Made by a program: the position numbers and the translations under genes. A stretch of 64,000 nt of DNA from positions 731 to 64,730 of the IMG/VR virus record IMGVR_UViG_3300017776_000008. One strand, 5' to 3'. The first letter of the stretch is position 1, and each line of letters opens with the position of its first letter. Under the pieces are notes generated by a model, which saw only the letters and a program-made list of their open reading frames with translations, was not told where the DNA came from and searched no databases. This DNA comes from a virus. Lineage: Duplodnaviria; Caudoviricetes. Positions 1 to 10,325 of this stretch are shown piece after piece.

Positions 1-1
1 T

Positions 2-406
2 TCGAGCATAGGAGGAAAGGTTTCTAAGACTAATAGCAACAGTCCTTCCTCGACTCAACAGTGGAATCTTGAAACCGCCTGGTATGATTCTGCAAATGAT
101 AGAACTTATTTTATTACGCCATATAATGGTGCAGCTCAAATGTTTTATAGTGGTAGCGCGGCAGCTACTGTATACTTAGATCCATTTGGATATGCCGCGG
201 TAAATACATGGGTAACTTTTGATGAAAGCAAAGAAGCTTACCGGATGCATACATATAATATGGGAGCGACAATGGTTCAATCATTACCATTGGTATATTC
301 GTCGTATGCAATGCAGTGTAGATTACAGTGGAGAAAATGGGCCTCTGCTGGAGCCACCTATCTTGAAGATGTAACTGGTGAAATTGTTAGTATGCCTATA
401 GCATAG
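2..406 (+). CDS. C-terminal part of a probable virion structural/fibre protein (starts before the window)
   Basis: The frame of ORF 140..406 is open back to base 2. The sequence is Ser/Thr/Tyr/Trp-rich and lies just upstream of the neck genes. Confidence 0.5.
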   Translation, partial: SSIGGKVSKTNSNSPSSTQQWNLETAWYDSANDRTYFITPYNGAAQMFYSGSAAATVYLDPFGYAAVNTWVTFDESKEAYRMHTYNMGATMVQSLPLVYSSYAMQCRLQWRKWASAGATYLEDVTGEIVSMPIA

Positions 407-417
407 AGGATATAAAA

Positions 418-657
418 ATGTTTGTAATAGGAAAAATATTAAGTAACGAAGAAAACGAAATTGTAGATATGGTTAAAGTGGTGACTAGTTCACATGATAC
501 ATTAGAGCAAGCTATTTCGCAAATGACACTATTAATAGAAAATCAAAGCTCTGACGCAAATATAGTAGAATTTTTTCATGGTGTCAAGCGTATAACTGGA
601 CCAAACGATTCAGATTATGAGATTGATATAATATCTACCGTAGATAAAACAGAATAA
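418..657 (+). CDS. hypothetical protein, 79 aa
   Basis: ORF with a GAGGA SD upstream. Confidence 0.6.
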   Translation: MFVIGKILSNEENEIVDMVKVVTSSHDTLEQAISQMTLLIENQSSDANIVEFFHGVKRITGPNDSDYEIDIISTVDKTE

Positions 658-677
658 TAATTACAAAAATTAAACTG

Positions 678-685
678 TATAAATA
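678..685 (+). promoter_or_regulatory. T4-type late promoter TATAAATA for gp13
   Basis: Exact T4 gp55 consensus about 20 nt upstream of the gp13 start. Confidence 0.8.
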
Positions 686-704
686 TAGTAAAGAGGTATT
701 TTAA

Positions 705-1454
705 ATGGCAAAACCAAACAGTAGAGCAACTTTAATTGATTACTGCCTTAGAAATCTAGGTGCACCAGTAATTGAAATTAATGTTGACGACGATCAGCTA
801 GATGATAGAATAGACGAAGCTCTACAATTCTATCAGCACTATCATGCGGATGCCATTGAAAAAGTATTCTTAAAACACGAGGTTACACAGGGCGACATCA
901 ATAATGGCTATATTCCAATTCCGGATTTAGTAACTGACGTCATTAGAGTTTTGCCTATTAGAGATCAAAGCGGAAGCAGTAGCTTATTTGATATTAAATA
1001 TCAAATGCATCTAAACGATATGTTTAGTCTTGGATACATGGGTAATCTATTAGAGTACGCTATGACTAAAGAATATCTTTCCACCTTGGACCTTATTATT
1101 GATTCAGACGAAAAGTTCACTTCATTTGATCGACATAGAGATCGCTTAAGAATTGAAATGGATTGGGAAGAAGAAGTAAATGTAGGCGACTTCCTAGTTG
1201 TAGAAGGATATAGAATTATTGATCCTACTACATTTACTGATGTTTATAACGACTACTACTTAAAAAAATACGCTACAGCACTTATCAAAAAGCAATGGGG
1301 CGCCAATCTACTAAAATTTGAAGGAATGCAAATGCCTGGCGGGGTTACTTTTAACGGGCGCCAATTGTTTGATGATGCCTTACAAGAATTAGAAAAATTA
1401 GAAGAAGAAGTTAGACTAAACTGGGAGCAACCAGTAGACTTCTATATAGGATAA
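705..1454 (+). CDS. gp13: neck protein gp13
   Basis: Motifs LRNLGAPVIEINV..Q..DRIDEALQ and KKQWGANLLKFEGMQMPGGV; T4 gene order. Confidence 0.92.
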   Translation: MAKPNSRATLIDYCLRNLGAPVIEINVDDDQLDDRIDEALQFYQHYHADAIEKVFLKHEVTQGDINNGYIPIPDLVTDVIRVLPIRDQSGSSSLFDIKYQMHLNDMFSLGYMGNLLEYAMTKEYLSTLDLIIDSDEKFTSFDRHRDRLRIEMDWEEEVNVGDFLVVEGYRIIDPTTFTDVYNDYYLKKYATALIKKQWGANLLKFEGMQMPGGVTFNGRQLFDDALQELEKLEEEVRLNWEQPVDFYIG

Positions 1455-1457
1455 TTA

Positions 1458-2399
1458 ATGCCTAGAAACGTATACTTTTCTCAAGCCGTTAGGTCGGAAC
1501 AGCACCTATACGAAGATCTGGTAATTGAATCGCTAAAAATCTTTGGACAAGATGTATACTATGTGCCTCGCAATCTTGTTAATAGGGATAATATATTAGG
1601 CGAAGATGTAGCATCTAACTTTGACGATGCTTATTTATTAGAAGCATATATCGAAAATGTTGATGGCTTTGAAGGAGCTGGTGATTTATATCAAAAGTTT
1701 GGTCTTGAGATAAGAGACGAAGCTTCATTTGTAATATCTCGTAGATCTTGGAATACTATGATTGGCTCATACGAAGCTATTAATAAACCAAGAGAAGGTG
1801 ATCTACTATTCCTACCGATGACTAACTCATTTTTTGAGATTACATTTGTAGAAGCAGATAAACCATTCTATCAATTATCTAACTTACCAGTTTATAAACT
1901 AACATGCGCTCTCTTTGAATATAATGATGAGACATTCGATACTGGACTGCATGAGATTGATGGTACTATGGGTGCCGAAACTTATCAGCTAGGAATGAGA
2001 ATAACCTCAAGCGGTGGATTCCCAGTAAACGAAGAAAGATTAACGCAAACTTTGGTAGATGCTGTCGGTGATACACCAGCTGTACAGATATCTGGTAAGG
2101 TGGAAACAATCACGGAAGAATCTGAACCAAATACTGCAGTAATAAGCTTATCTGATATTGGCGTTACTGGAGCTACTGAATATAGACAATTTGTGGTATC
2201 TAATAGCAAAGGCCTAGTTGGCTCGGTGTCTGGTACAACATCGTATATTACAAAAATATTCGATGTTGGTGATGATGATACTGATAACTTTATGCCGACC
2301 GATGGTAATGCTCAAAACGTAGCATTTGAAACATTTACTGACAATTTCTTAGACTTTACGGAAACCAATCCATTTGGTGATCCCTCGGAGAACTTCTAA
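1458..2399 (+). CDS. gp14: neck protein gp14
   Basis: Motifs ESLKIFGQDVYYVPR, KFGLEIRDE, PREGDL and C-terminal NPFG. Confidence 0.92.
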   Translation: MPRNVYFSQAVRSEQHLYEDLVIESLKIFGQDVYYVPRNLVNRDNILGEDVASNFDDAYLLEAYIENVDGFEGAGDLYQKFGLEIRDEASFVISRRSWNTMIGSYEAINKPREGDLLFLPMTNSFFEITFVEADKPFYQLSNLPVYKLTCALFEYNDETFDTGLHEIDGTMGAETYQLGMRITSSGGFPVNEERLTQTLVDAVGDTPAVQISGKVETITEESEPNTAVISLSDIGVTGATEYRQFVVSNSKGLVGSVSGTTSYITKIFDVGDDDTDNFMPTDGNAQNVAFETFTDNFLDFTETNPFGDPSENF

Positions 2400-3169
2400 T
2401 GTTTGGTGGACATTTTTATCATGCAACCATGCGTAAATCAGTGGCCGTTTTCGGTACACTGTTTAATAACATGAATATTGTACGAAAGTCAAATACTGCG
2501 GTATTGAGCCAAGTAAAGGTTCCACTATCTTATGGACCTAAGCAAAAATTCTTGTCTAGGCTAGATCAAGAACATGGTAGGAATCAACCTGTGGCATTAA
2601 AGCTTCCTCGAATGGCATTTGAGATTACTAGCCTTTCGGTTGATACTGCACAAAAGACTAGTAAGCTGAATAAAATTGTAGAAAATCATGGCAGTGATGT
2701 TACTAAAAAGAAAACTATATCGCATTACACTTCCTATGATATTGGAATGTCATTGTACATATTGGCCAAAAACCAAGACGATGGATTGCAGATAGTAGAA
2801 CAAATACTTCCTTATTTTCAACCAGACTACACAGTATCAATTAAGCCAGTAGAAGGATTTGATTTTAAGCAAGATGTTCCGATCATCTTAAATGGAGTCA
2901 ATATTCAAGATGATTATGAAGGTGATTACCAATCGCGTAGAGTATTAATATACCAATTAGACTTTACGATGAAGATGAAGTTTTATGGGCCGACGAATGA
3001 CAAGTCTATAATTAGATCAGTGGACTTAGACACAGTCGACTTAGATTCATTCTCAGAGAATGCTCCTAATACATCGGCTTTGCAAGAAGTTGACATGGGA
3101 GTAGGAAATACAGACACACCAGATGACTTTACAGTTACTAAGACAATAGATGATGAACCTGGCTTTTAA
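2399..3169 (+). CDS. gp15: tail sheath stabilizer/terminator gp15
   Basis: Motifs FYHATMRKSVAVFGTLFN, VPLSYGPKQKF, LPRMAFE, QIVEQILPYFQP. Confidence 0.92.
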   Translation: MFGGHFYHATMRKSVAVFGTLFNNMNIVRKSNTAVLSQVKVPLSYGPKQKFLSRLDQEHGRNQPVALKLPRMAFEITSLSVDTAQKTSKLNKIVENHGSDVTKKKTISHYTSYDIGMSLYILAKNQDDGLQIVEQILPYFQPDYTVSIKPVEGFDFKQDVPIILNGVNIQDDYEGDYQSRRVLIYQLDFTMKMKFYGPTNDKSIIRSVDLDTVDLDSFSENAPNTSALQEVDMGVGNTDTPDDFTVTKTIDDEPGF

Positions 3170-3171
3170 AT

Positions 3172-3579
3172 ATGGACAAATTAGATAAGATGAGAAGCTC
3201 ACTGGAGAAGAATCTTCCAGTTAAACCAGAAGCTTCTAAAGTGATTGAAGAAAAAGACATAAAAGATGATTATGAATTTTCTCGTGAAACTTACAGAGAC
3301 TTAATAAGAACTGGAACTCACTCTCTCGATTCACTTGCAGAACTTGCGAGAGAATCAGAACACCCCCGCGCATTTGAAGTTTTATCTAAATCCATAAAAG
3401 ATATTGCTGATACTACAGAAAAACTAATGGCCCTACAGAAAGCTAAAAAGGATCTTTCCAAAGACGATAAGCAAGACGAAGCCAAACGTGTGACGAATAA
3501 TAATGTATTTGTAGGTTCTACTACGGACTTGCAAAGAATGTTGATGGATAAAGATAAAATTATAGATGCAGAAGATTAA
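3172..3579 (+). CDS. gp16: terminase small subunit gp16
   Basis: Motifs DYEFSR, HPRAFEV, NNNVFVGSTTDLQ; immediately upstream of gp17. Confidence 0.9.
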   Translation: MDKLDKMRSSLEKNLPVKPEASKVIEEKDIKDDYEFSRETYRDLIRTGTHSLDSLAELARESEHPRAFEVLSKSIKDIADTTEKLMALQKAKKDLSKDDKQDEAKRVTNNNVFVGSTTDLQRMLMDKDKIIDAED

Positions 3580-5173
3580 GAATAATGAGTTTGGTTATCT
3601 AGGAAATCCCTCGGTAAAGAGAGATGGAGTAGAAACTGAATTTACAAAACCTGAAGTTTTAGAATACGCCAAATGCATGCAAGATCCTGCATATTTTGCG
3701 CGGACATATCTTAAGGTGATATCACTTGATAGTGGATTAGTTCCGTTTGATTTATATCCATACCAAGAAAATATGTTTAATCATTTCAATGATAATAGAT
3801 TCTCTATCGTACTAGCATGTCGCCAATCTGGTAAATCTATTTCATCTGTAGCGTATTTACTCTGGTATGCTTGTTTCCACCCTGAAAAGACCATTGCAAT
3901 CTTAGCAAACAAAGGTGCTACAGCAAGAGAAATGCTAGCCCGTGTAACACTCATGTTAGAAAACCTACCATTCTTTTTACAACCTGGCTGTAAGGCATTA
4001 AATAAAGGGTCAATTGAGTTTAGTAACAATTCAAAGATTATTGCAGCAGCTACGTCAGGTAGTTCTATTCGTGGTTTATCAATTAACTTACTATTTCTCG
4101 ATGAGTTTGCATTCATTGAGAATGATGCGCAGTTTTATACATCGACATACCCAGTAGTATCTTCCGGTAAAAAAACAAAAATTATTATTACCTCCACGGC
4201 TAACGGAATTGGTAACGTATACCATAAATTGTGGGAAGGTGCAAGTCAAGGCACAAACGAATTTAAGCCATTCAGAGTAGATTGGTGGGACGTTCCAGGA
4301 CGCGATGATAAATGGAAAGAACAAACCATTGCTAATACTTCTGCCTTACAGTTTGATCAGGAGTTTGGTAATACCTTCCATGGTCGCGGCAATACGCTCA
4401 TTGATGCTAATCATTTATTAGCACAGCAAGCAGTAGATCCAAAATATCATAGGGAAAATATCTCCATCTACAAGGAGCCACAGGAAGGCCACGAATATGT
4501 TATGCTAGTTGATGTTGCTAAGGGTAGAGGCCAAGACTACTCAACCTTTAATATAATCGACTGTTCTACAAAGCCGTTTGAACAAGTTGCAACATTTAGA
4601 GATAATACATTATCGCCTATGTTATTTCCTGATATTATTTACAAATATGCTAAAACATATAATGAAGCATATGTTCTCGTAGAAAGTAATGATCAGGGTG
4701 CTGTAGTTTGTAATGGGCTATATTACGATTTAGAATACGAAAACATTTTTGTAGAATCTTCTATTAAGAGTAATGCTATCGGCGTTACCATGACGCGAAG
4801 AGTAAAGCGTATTGGTTGTTCTACCATTAAAGATTTAATTGAGCAGAAGAAACTGGTTGTATACGACGCAAACACGATTGTTGAAATGTCAACCTTTGTT
4901 TCAAAGGGTAGTTCATATCAAGCAATTGCGCCTAATCACGATGATCTAATGATGAATTTAGTTCTATTTGGTTGGTTTACTTCCACTGATGTATTTGAAA
5001 ATTTAACAAATATAGACGTAAAGAATCTGCTATATAAGGAAAGATTGGCAGAGATTCAAGACGATATGTTGCCTTTTGGCTATATAGATAATGGCCAAAA
5101 CCGTATAAATAGTGGTGAGAAAGGAGACGACGGCAACATCTGGTTTGAACAGGAGTGGAAGGGCTTCAAATGA
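3566..5173 (+). CDS. gp17: terminase large subunit gp17
   Basis: Walker A RQSGKS, Walker B LFLDEFAF, coupling motif STANG, nuclease motifs DVAKGRGQDYS and HDDLMM. Confidence 0.96.
   Translation: MQKIKNNEFGYLGNPSVKRDGVETEFTKPEVLEYAKCMQDPAYFARTYLKVISLDSGLVPFDLYPYQENMFNHFNDNRFSIVLACRQSGKSISSVAYLLWYACFHPEKTIAILANKGATAREMLARVTLMLENLPFFLQPGCKALNKGSIEFSNNSKIIAAATSGSSIRGLSINLLFLDEFAFIENDAQFYTSTYPVVSSGKKTKIIITSTANGIGNVYHKLWEGASQGTNEFKPFRVDWWDVPGRDDKWKEQTIANTSALQFDQEFGNTFHGRGNTLIDANHLLAQQAVDPKYHRENISIYKEPQEGHEYVMLVDVAKGRGQDYSTFNIIDCSTKPFEQVATFRDNTLSPMLFPDIIYKYAKTYNEAYVLVESNDQGAVVCNGLYYDLEYENIFVESSIKSNAIGVTMTRRVKRIGCSTIKDLIEQKKLVVYDANTIVEMSTFVSKGSSYQAIAPNHDDLMMNLVLFGWFTSTDVFENLTNIDVKNLLYKERLAEIQDDMLPFGYIDNGQNRINSGEKGDDGNIWFEQEWKGFK
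5104..5111 (+). promoter_or_regulatory. late promoter TATAAATA inside the gp17 3' end, serving the RimK-like gene
   Basis: Exact consensus about 60 nt upstream of ATG 5170. Confidence 0.65.
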
Positions 5174-6228
5174 AAAGACAACTAGTAAGAAAAATAATAG
5201 AAAAGCGTCATGCTAAAGAGCAGGAGACGTATGTTTTAAAGGAAGAAACTAAAAAATACAAGTTTGTATACCTATGGTATGACGATCCCGAAGATCCTGA
5301 TGACCCAGAAAAGACTGCTAACGACTTTATTGAAGAAGGTAAAAATCTTGGACTTACTGGATTTAAAGTTGATGTGCAAGGTGCCTATTCTGATTTAGAA
5401 AATGGCGTAAGATATATTTACGATGGAATGTCAGAAAAGGAACGTAAATTTAAAATCGATGATAATACTCTCGTATTCGTACGAGCTCCGGTTACAAAAA
5501 GAAAGTCTTGGTCAGACTTCTTGACACAGCTGGAAAGGGCAGGTGTAGTATGTGTCAACACTCGCTCATGTATGGAAATTACATCGGACAAATATAGAAC
5601 AAGCTTGTATCTTGCGGAGGCAGAATTACATCAGCCTAAAACAGTATTGGTCCACCATCAAGAAAAAGCAATTGATGCTATGGAAAGATTAGGCGGTAAA
5701 TATCCAATTATACTTAAGACTCTTACAGGTTCACTCGGCATTGGTGTAATTAAAATAGATTCAGAAAGCTCTTTGCATTCTACGGTTCAGTTACTCCATA
5801 AGCTAGATCCAAATATGGGTATCCTATTGCAAACTATGATTAAAGATTTTACCTTTGATATTAGAGCACACGTTATTGGAGGTAAATTCCATGGAGCAAT
5901 TAAAAGGCCTACAGTAAAGAAAGATTTTAGAACTAACGTATCTTTAGGCTCAAAACCAGCTCCAATAGAATTAACGGATTTAGAAATAGAACATGTAGAA
6001 AAAGCAGCAAAAGCTGTTGATGGATTATGGGTAGGTGTAGACATATTTCCCTCGAAAGATAGAAATAAAATTCCTCCAACATTTATTGAAATTAATTCTA
6101 CGCCTGGAACAAGGGGCTATAGGAAAGCTACTGGAGAAAACCTACCTAAAGACGTATTGGAAAAATTTATGAATAGAGACATATGGCTTAAACCAGCAAC
6201 TTATAAGTCGATGTTCAAAGACGAATAA
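5170..6228 (+). CDS. RimK-family ATP-grasp ligase (alpha-L-glutamate ligase-like)
   Basis: RimK-family motifs DKYRT, PIILKTLTGSLGIGV, DIRAHVIGG, DFRTNVSLG, GVDI, IEINSTPG. The ATG overlaps the gp17 stop (ATGA). Confidence 0.85.
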   Translation: MKRQLVRKIIEKRHAKEQETYVLKEETKKYKFVYLWYDDPEDPDDPEKTANDFIEEGKNLGLTGFKVDVQGAYSDLENGVRYIYDGMSEKERKFKIDDNTLVFVRAPVTKRKSWSDFLTQLERAGVVCVNTRSCMEITSDKYRTSLYLAEAELHQPKTVLVHHQEKAIDAMERLGGKYPIILKTLTGSLGIGVIKIDSESSLHSTVQLLHKLDPNMGILLQTMIKDFTFDIRAHVIGGKFHGAIKRPTVKKDFRTNVSLGSKPAPIELTDLEIEHVEKAAKAVDGLWVGVDIFPSKDRNKIPPTFIEINSTPGTRGYRKATGENLPKDVLEKFMNRDIWLKPATYKSMFKDE

Positions 6229-6246
6229 AGTTAAGATCAGTTTATT

Positions 6247-6254
6247 TATAAATA
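6247..6254 (+). promoter_or_regulatory. late promoter TATAAATA for gp18
   Basis: Exact consensus in the intergenic region upstream of the sheath gene. Confidence 0.8.
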
Positions 6255-6320
6255 AACAGGTGAACAATATTTCTTATTATGTGACATATTAACTAACTCA
6301 AATTTTAAGAGGATAAAGCG

Positions 6321-8012
6321 ATGGCATTTCAAGTATCACCAGGCGTTCAAGTCAAGGAAATTGACGCGACGAGCGTAATACCTGCCGTATCCACTTCTAT
6401 TGGTGGTTTCGCAGGTGCCTTTAATTGGGGCCCAGCTGAAGAAATTAAGCTCGTATCGTCTGAGGACGAGATGGCGGCGATTTTTTCTACCCCCGATGAT
6501 AACACGGCAAAATACTTTTTAACTGCGGCATCATTTTTAAAGTATGGCAACGCATTAAAAGTAGTAAGAGTAGTACCCGCGGACGCGGAAAACGCATGTG
6601 TTGGTTCAACACCAGCACTTGTTAAAAATGACGAAGAGTACGAAAGCGCATCATTATCAAATGCGAATCAGGGCGAGTGGATTGCAAAATTCCCAGGTGC
6701 TCTAGGTAACTCATTAAAAGTAGAAGTTTGTACAGCAGGTGGCGGATTCAGTGGTTGGGCTTACGCTGGCCAGTTTGATGCTGCTCCAGACACTTCTGAC
6801 TTTGCTACAAACAACGGTGCGACAAACGCTGATGACGAAATCCATATCGTCGTAGTTGATGAAGACGGTCACTTTACTGGCGAGCCAGGCAGTGTACTAG
6901 AAACTTTTGCATTCGCATCTCAAGCATCCGATGCTAAGGATTCTTCAGGTACTTCGTTGTACTATAAGAATGTAGTAAATAGCAGATCACAGTACATCGC
7001 ATGGGCATCACACGATGATGAATTAACAGATGCTGGTAATAACGTATCTGGTCCAGGCGCTGATAGTGCATTTACAACTGTAGCTTCAGTAAAATCATAC
7101 TCACTAATTGGTGGTTCAGACGGTGGTACAATTACTCCAGCTGTAGTCGCCCTTGGTTATGATTTATTCGAAGATGCTGAAACTGTAGACGTAAATCTAC
7201 TATTTGCATGTCCAGATGACAATGGCTCTACAACAATTGCAGTTGATCTTCTTGACATCGCAGATGCTCGTAAAGATTGTGTTGCATTTATTTCGCCTCC
7301 GGTGGCAGATTCAACTGGTGGTTCACCATTAACAGACGTATTAGCATTTAATACTGCATTGGGTCGTTCAAGTTCATACGGCTTCTTAGATTCAAGTGCG
7401 GTTTATGTGTACGATAAGTATAACGACGTTTATCGTTATATCGGTGCTTCTGGTATCACTGCTGGTCTATGTGCTAACACTGATCAAGTAGCTGATGCAT
7501 GGTTCTCACCAGCTGGTGTTAATCGTGGTCAATTGCGTGGCGTAACCAAACTAGCATTTAACCCAAATAAAGCTCAAAGGGATTCACTATACAAAGCTGG
7601 CGTTAACCCACTTGTTTCGTTCCCCGGCGAAGGCACTATGCTATTCGGCGATAAAACAATGCTTAAGAGACCATCAGCGTTCGATAGAATTAACGTACGT
7701 CGATTGTTCATTACATTGGAAAAAGCAATTAGTACTGCTGCTAAAGCACAATTGTTTGAATTTAACGACGAATTTACTCGTGCACAATTTAGAAATATGA
7801 TCGAGCCATTCATGCGTGATGTTAAAGGTCGTCGAGGCGTAACCGATTTCTTGGTCGTCTGTGATGACACTAACAATACTGGTCAAGTAATTGATACTAA
7901 CAGTTTTGTTGCTGACATCTACATCAAACCTGCTCGTTCTATTAACTTTATTACACTAAACTTCATTGCAACAAGAACTGGTGTTGACTTCTCTGAAGTC
8001 GCCGGCGGTTAA
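6321..8012 (+). CDS. gp18: tail sheath protein gp18
   Basis: Motifs SPGVQVKEID, FNWGP, WFSPAGVNRG, FDRINVRRLF, IKPARSINFITLNF. Confidence 0.96.
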   Translation: MAFQVSPGVQVKEIDATSVIPAVSTSIGGFAGAFNWGPAEEIKLVSSEDEMAAIFSTPDDNTAKYFLTAASFLKYGNALKVVRVVPADAENACVGSTPALVKNDEEYESASLSNANQGEWIAKFPGALGNSLKVEVCTAGGGFSGWAYAGQFDAAPDTSDFATNNGATNADDEIHIVVVDEDGHFTGEPGSVLETFAFASQASDAKDSSGTSLYYKNVVNSRSQYIAWASHDDELTDAGNNVSGPGADSAFTTVASVKSYSLIGGSDGGTITPAVVALGYDLFEDAETVDVNLLFACPDDNGSTTIAVDLLDIADARKDCVAFISPPVADSTGGSPLTDVLAFNTALGRSSSYGFLDSSAVYVYDKYNDVYRYIGASGITAGLCANTDQVADAWFSPAGVNRGQLRGVTKLAFNPNKAQRDSLYKAGVNPLVSFPGEGTMLFGDKTMLKRPSAFDRINVRRLFITLEKAISTAAKAQLFEFNDEFTRAQFRNMIEPFMRDVKGRRGVTDFLVVCDDTNNTGQVIDTNSFVADIYIKPARSINFITLNFIATRTGVDFSEVAGG

Positions 8013-8024
8013 TAGGAGGAAACA

Positions 8025-8552
8025 ATGGCTATTTTAGGCGTAGACGATTTTAAATCAAAGTTGACTGGCGGTGGCGCTAGATCCAACATGTTTAAAGTCA
8101 CATGTAACTTCCCTGGCTATGCTCAGGGTGATGTTGAATTGACTTCTTTCCTATGTAAAGCTGCTCAATTACCAGCATCGATTATTAATCCTGTAGAAGT
8201 TAACTTCCGTGGTCGTAAACTTCAAATGGCTGGTGACAGAACATTTGAACCATGGACTATTACAGTGATAAACGACGTTGATTTTGTTGTACGTGATTCC
8301 TTCGAACGATGGAGTAACGGTATTAACCAACATGTTGATGGTCGTGGATTAGCTAATCCAACCGAGTACATGGCTGACATGATTGTTGAACAACTCAACA
8401 AGAATGGCGATCCTGTAAAACGATATGATTTCCGTGGCACATTCCCAACCAATATTTCTGAAATTGAGTTGAGCTATGACAACGAAAACCAAATCGAAGA
8501 GTTTACAGTTGAGCTACAAGTTCAGTACTGGGAGTCGAATACTACTTCGTAG
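8025..8552 (+). CDS. gp19: tail tube protein gp19
   Basis: Motifs GGGARSNMF, CKAAQLP, GDRTFEPWTITV, IEEFTV. Confidence 0.95.
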   Translation: MAILGVDDFKSKLTGGGARSNMFKVTCNFPGYAQGDVELTSFLCKAAQLPASIINPVEVNFRGRKLQMAGDRTFEPWTITVINDVDFVVRDSFERWSNGINQHVDGRGLANPTEYMADMIVEQLNKNGDPVKRYDFRGTFPTNISEIELSYDNENQIEEFTVELQVQYWESNTTS

Positions 8553-8558
8553 TAGGCG

Positions 8559-8596
8559 TATAAATACTATTTGACGAGGGGGAATTGTTCCCCCTC
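8559..8596 (+). promoter_or_regulatory. late promoter (8559-8566) followed by hairpin GAGGGGGAA-ttg-TTCCCCCTC in the gp20 leader
   Basis: TATAAATA plus a perfect 9-bp inverted repeat at 8576-8596, with no U-tract. Confidence 0.65.
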
Positions 8597-8619
8597 TGAT
8601 AATATTATAGGAAAAAACT

Positions 8620-10107
8620 ATGGCAGAATTTTTTGGATTCGAGATAAAGCGTAAAAGCGGAGAGGAGCCAATCAGACCATCATTTGTTCCAAATACAGAT
8701 GAAGATGGTGCTGGTGTCATTAGGGCCGGTGGCCACTTCGGAGCTTATATCGATCTTGATGGTGACAAAGCTAAAGATGATGCTGATCTTATTTTAAAAT
8801 ATCGCGATATTGCAACGCAGCCAGAGTGTGATGCAGCAATTGAGGATATTATTAATGATGCTATTGTCGGTGATCATGATGATGCACCTATAAGAATTGT
8901 ATTGGACGAAGTTGAAACATCTGATTCAATTAAAGAGGCTGTAACTGAAGAGTTTGAGAATATACTAAGATTGTTGAACTTTAACTCGTATGCACACGAT
9001 ATATTTAAGCGTTGGTATGTTGATGGACGCTTACCTTATCATATCATTATCGATAAAGATAAATCGAAGGCTGGGATTAGAGAACTAAGATACATTGATC
9101 CTACTAAATTGCGTAAAGTAAAAGAAGTAGAAGAAGAGAAAGATCCTAAAACTGGAGCAACAGTTGTAACTGGTCAAAAGGAGTATTTTTTATTCCAAGA
9201 TGACAGAATGAATACTAATGGTGAAGCACTTAAAATTCACCCCGACTCAGTTGCATATTGTACATCTGGCATGTTAGATCCTTCTCGTAAACGAATTTTA
9301 AGTTATTTGCAAAAGGCGCTGAAGCCAGTTAACCAATTGCGAATGATGGAAGACTCATTGGTTATCTACAGAATTAGTAGAGCACCAGAACGTAGAATCT
9401 TTTATATTGACGTTGGTAACTTACCTAAAGGTAAAGCCGAAGAATATTTGAAAAACATTATGGGCCAGTATAGAAACAAAATGGTTTATGATGCAAATAC
9501 TGGTAATGTAAAAGATACTAAAAAGCATATGTCAATGCTAGAGGATTTCTTCCTACCACGAAGAGAAGGTGGTCGAGGAACAGAAATAACTACGTTGCCA
9601 GGCGGTGAAAATCTTGGACAGATAGATGATATTCTATATTTCCAGAAAAAGCTTTATAAGTCGTTGAATGTTCCAGTACAGCGATTAGAGCAGGAAGCTC
9701 AGTTTAGTTTAGGTAGATCTACTGAGATATCTAGAGACGAGGTTAAATTTAAGAAGTTTATTGATCGTTTGAGAAAACGCTTTAGCGATCTATTCATGCA
9801 ACTACTTAAAACACAGCTTATCCTTAAAGGTATTATCACTAGAGATGATTGGCATAATTGGAAGTCTTCTATTACTTTCGACTTTATTGAAGATAACCAT
9901 TTTGCAGAATTAAAAGAAGCTGAAATCTGGAGAGAAAGGTTTGAAATGTTATCTACTGTCGACGAATATGTTGGTAAGTATGTATCATATGAGTGGATCA
10001 GAAAGCATGTACTCAAGCAGACTGATGAAGATATTAAAGATCTTAAGCAACAAATTGAAGACGAAGTTAAAAGTGGAGAAATAGAAGTCGACGACGAGGA
10101 ATTCTAA
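8620..10107 (+). CDS. gp20: portal vertex protein gp20
   Basis: Motifs NQLRMMEDSLVIYRISRAPERRIFYIDVGNLP and EDFFLPRREGGRGTEITTLPGG. Confidence 0.97.
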   Translation: MAEFFGFEIKRKSGEEPIRPSFVPNTDEDGAGVIRAGGHFGAYIDLDGDKAKDDADLILKYRDIATQPECDAAIEDIINDAIVGDHDDAPIRIVLDEVETSDSIKEAVTEEFENILRLLNFNSYAHDIFKRWYVDGRLPYHIIIDKDKSKAGIRELRYIDPTKLRKVKEVEEEKDPKTGATVVTGQKEYFLFQDDRMNTNGEALKIHPDSVAYCTSGMLDPSRKRILSYLQKALKPVNQLRMMEDSLVIYRISRAPERRIFYIDVGNLPKGKAEEYLKNIMGQYRNKMVYDANTGNVKDTKKHMSMLEDFFLPRREGGRGTEITTLPGGENLGQIDDILYFQKKLYKSLNVPVQRLEQEAQFSLGRSTEISRDEVKFKKFIDRLRKRFSDLFMQLLKTQLILKGIITRDDWHNWKSSITFDFIEDNHFAELKEAEIWRERFEMLSTVDEYVGKYVSYEWIRKHVLKQTDEDIKDLKQQIEDEVKSGEIEVDDEEF

Positions 10108-10125
10108 GCTTGACATCTATTTTTT

Positions 10126-10133
10126 TATAAATA
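10126..10133 (+). promoter_or_regulatory. late promoter TATAAATA for the prohead core genes
   Basis: Exact consensus upstream of a GAGG SD and ATG 10152. Confidence 0.75.
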
Positions 10134-10151
10134 TATAAACGAGGTATAAAA

Positions 10152-10325
10152 ATGTCTATAGAACAAATGATTAGTGATTTGAAAGGTGGCGACAATGTTA
10201 GTGCTACCAAAAATTTTAACAGTGCAATGGCTGATAAGCTAACCGCAGCTCTAGATGCAAAGAAGATTGAAGTAGCTTCTACATTGCAAGATAGAGCTCA
10301 ACCCGAATCACAAGAGGAAGAATAG
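10152..10325 (+). CDS. gp67-like prohead core protein, 57 aa (missed by the ORF track)
   Basis: Translates as MSIEQMISDLKGGDNVSATKNFNSAMADKLTAALDAKKIEVASTLQDRAQPESQEEE, with a GAGG SD, between gp20 and gp21. Confidence 0.75.
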   Translation: MSIEQMISDLKGGDNVSATKNFNSAMADKLTAALDAKKIEVASTLQDRAQPESQEEE

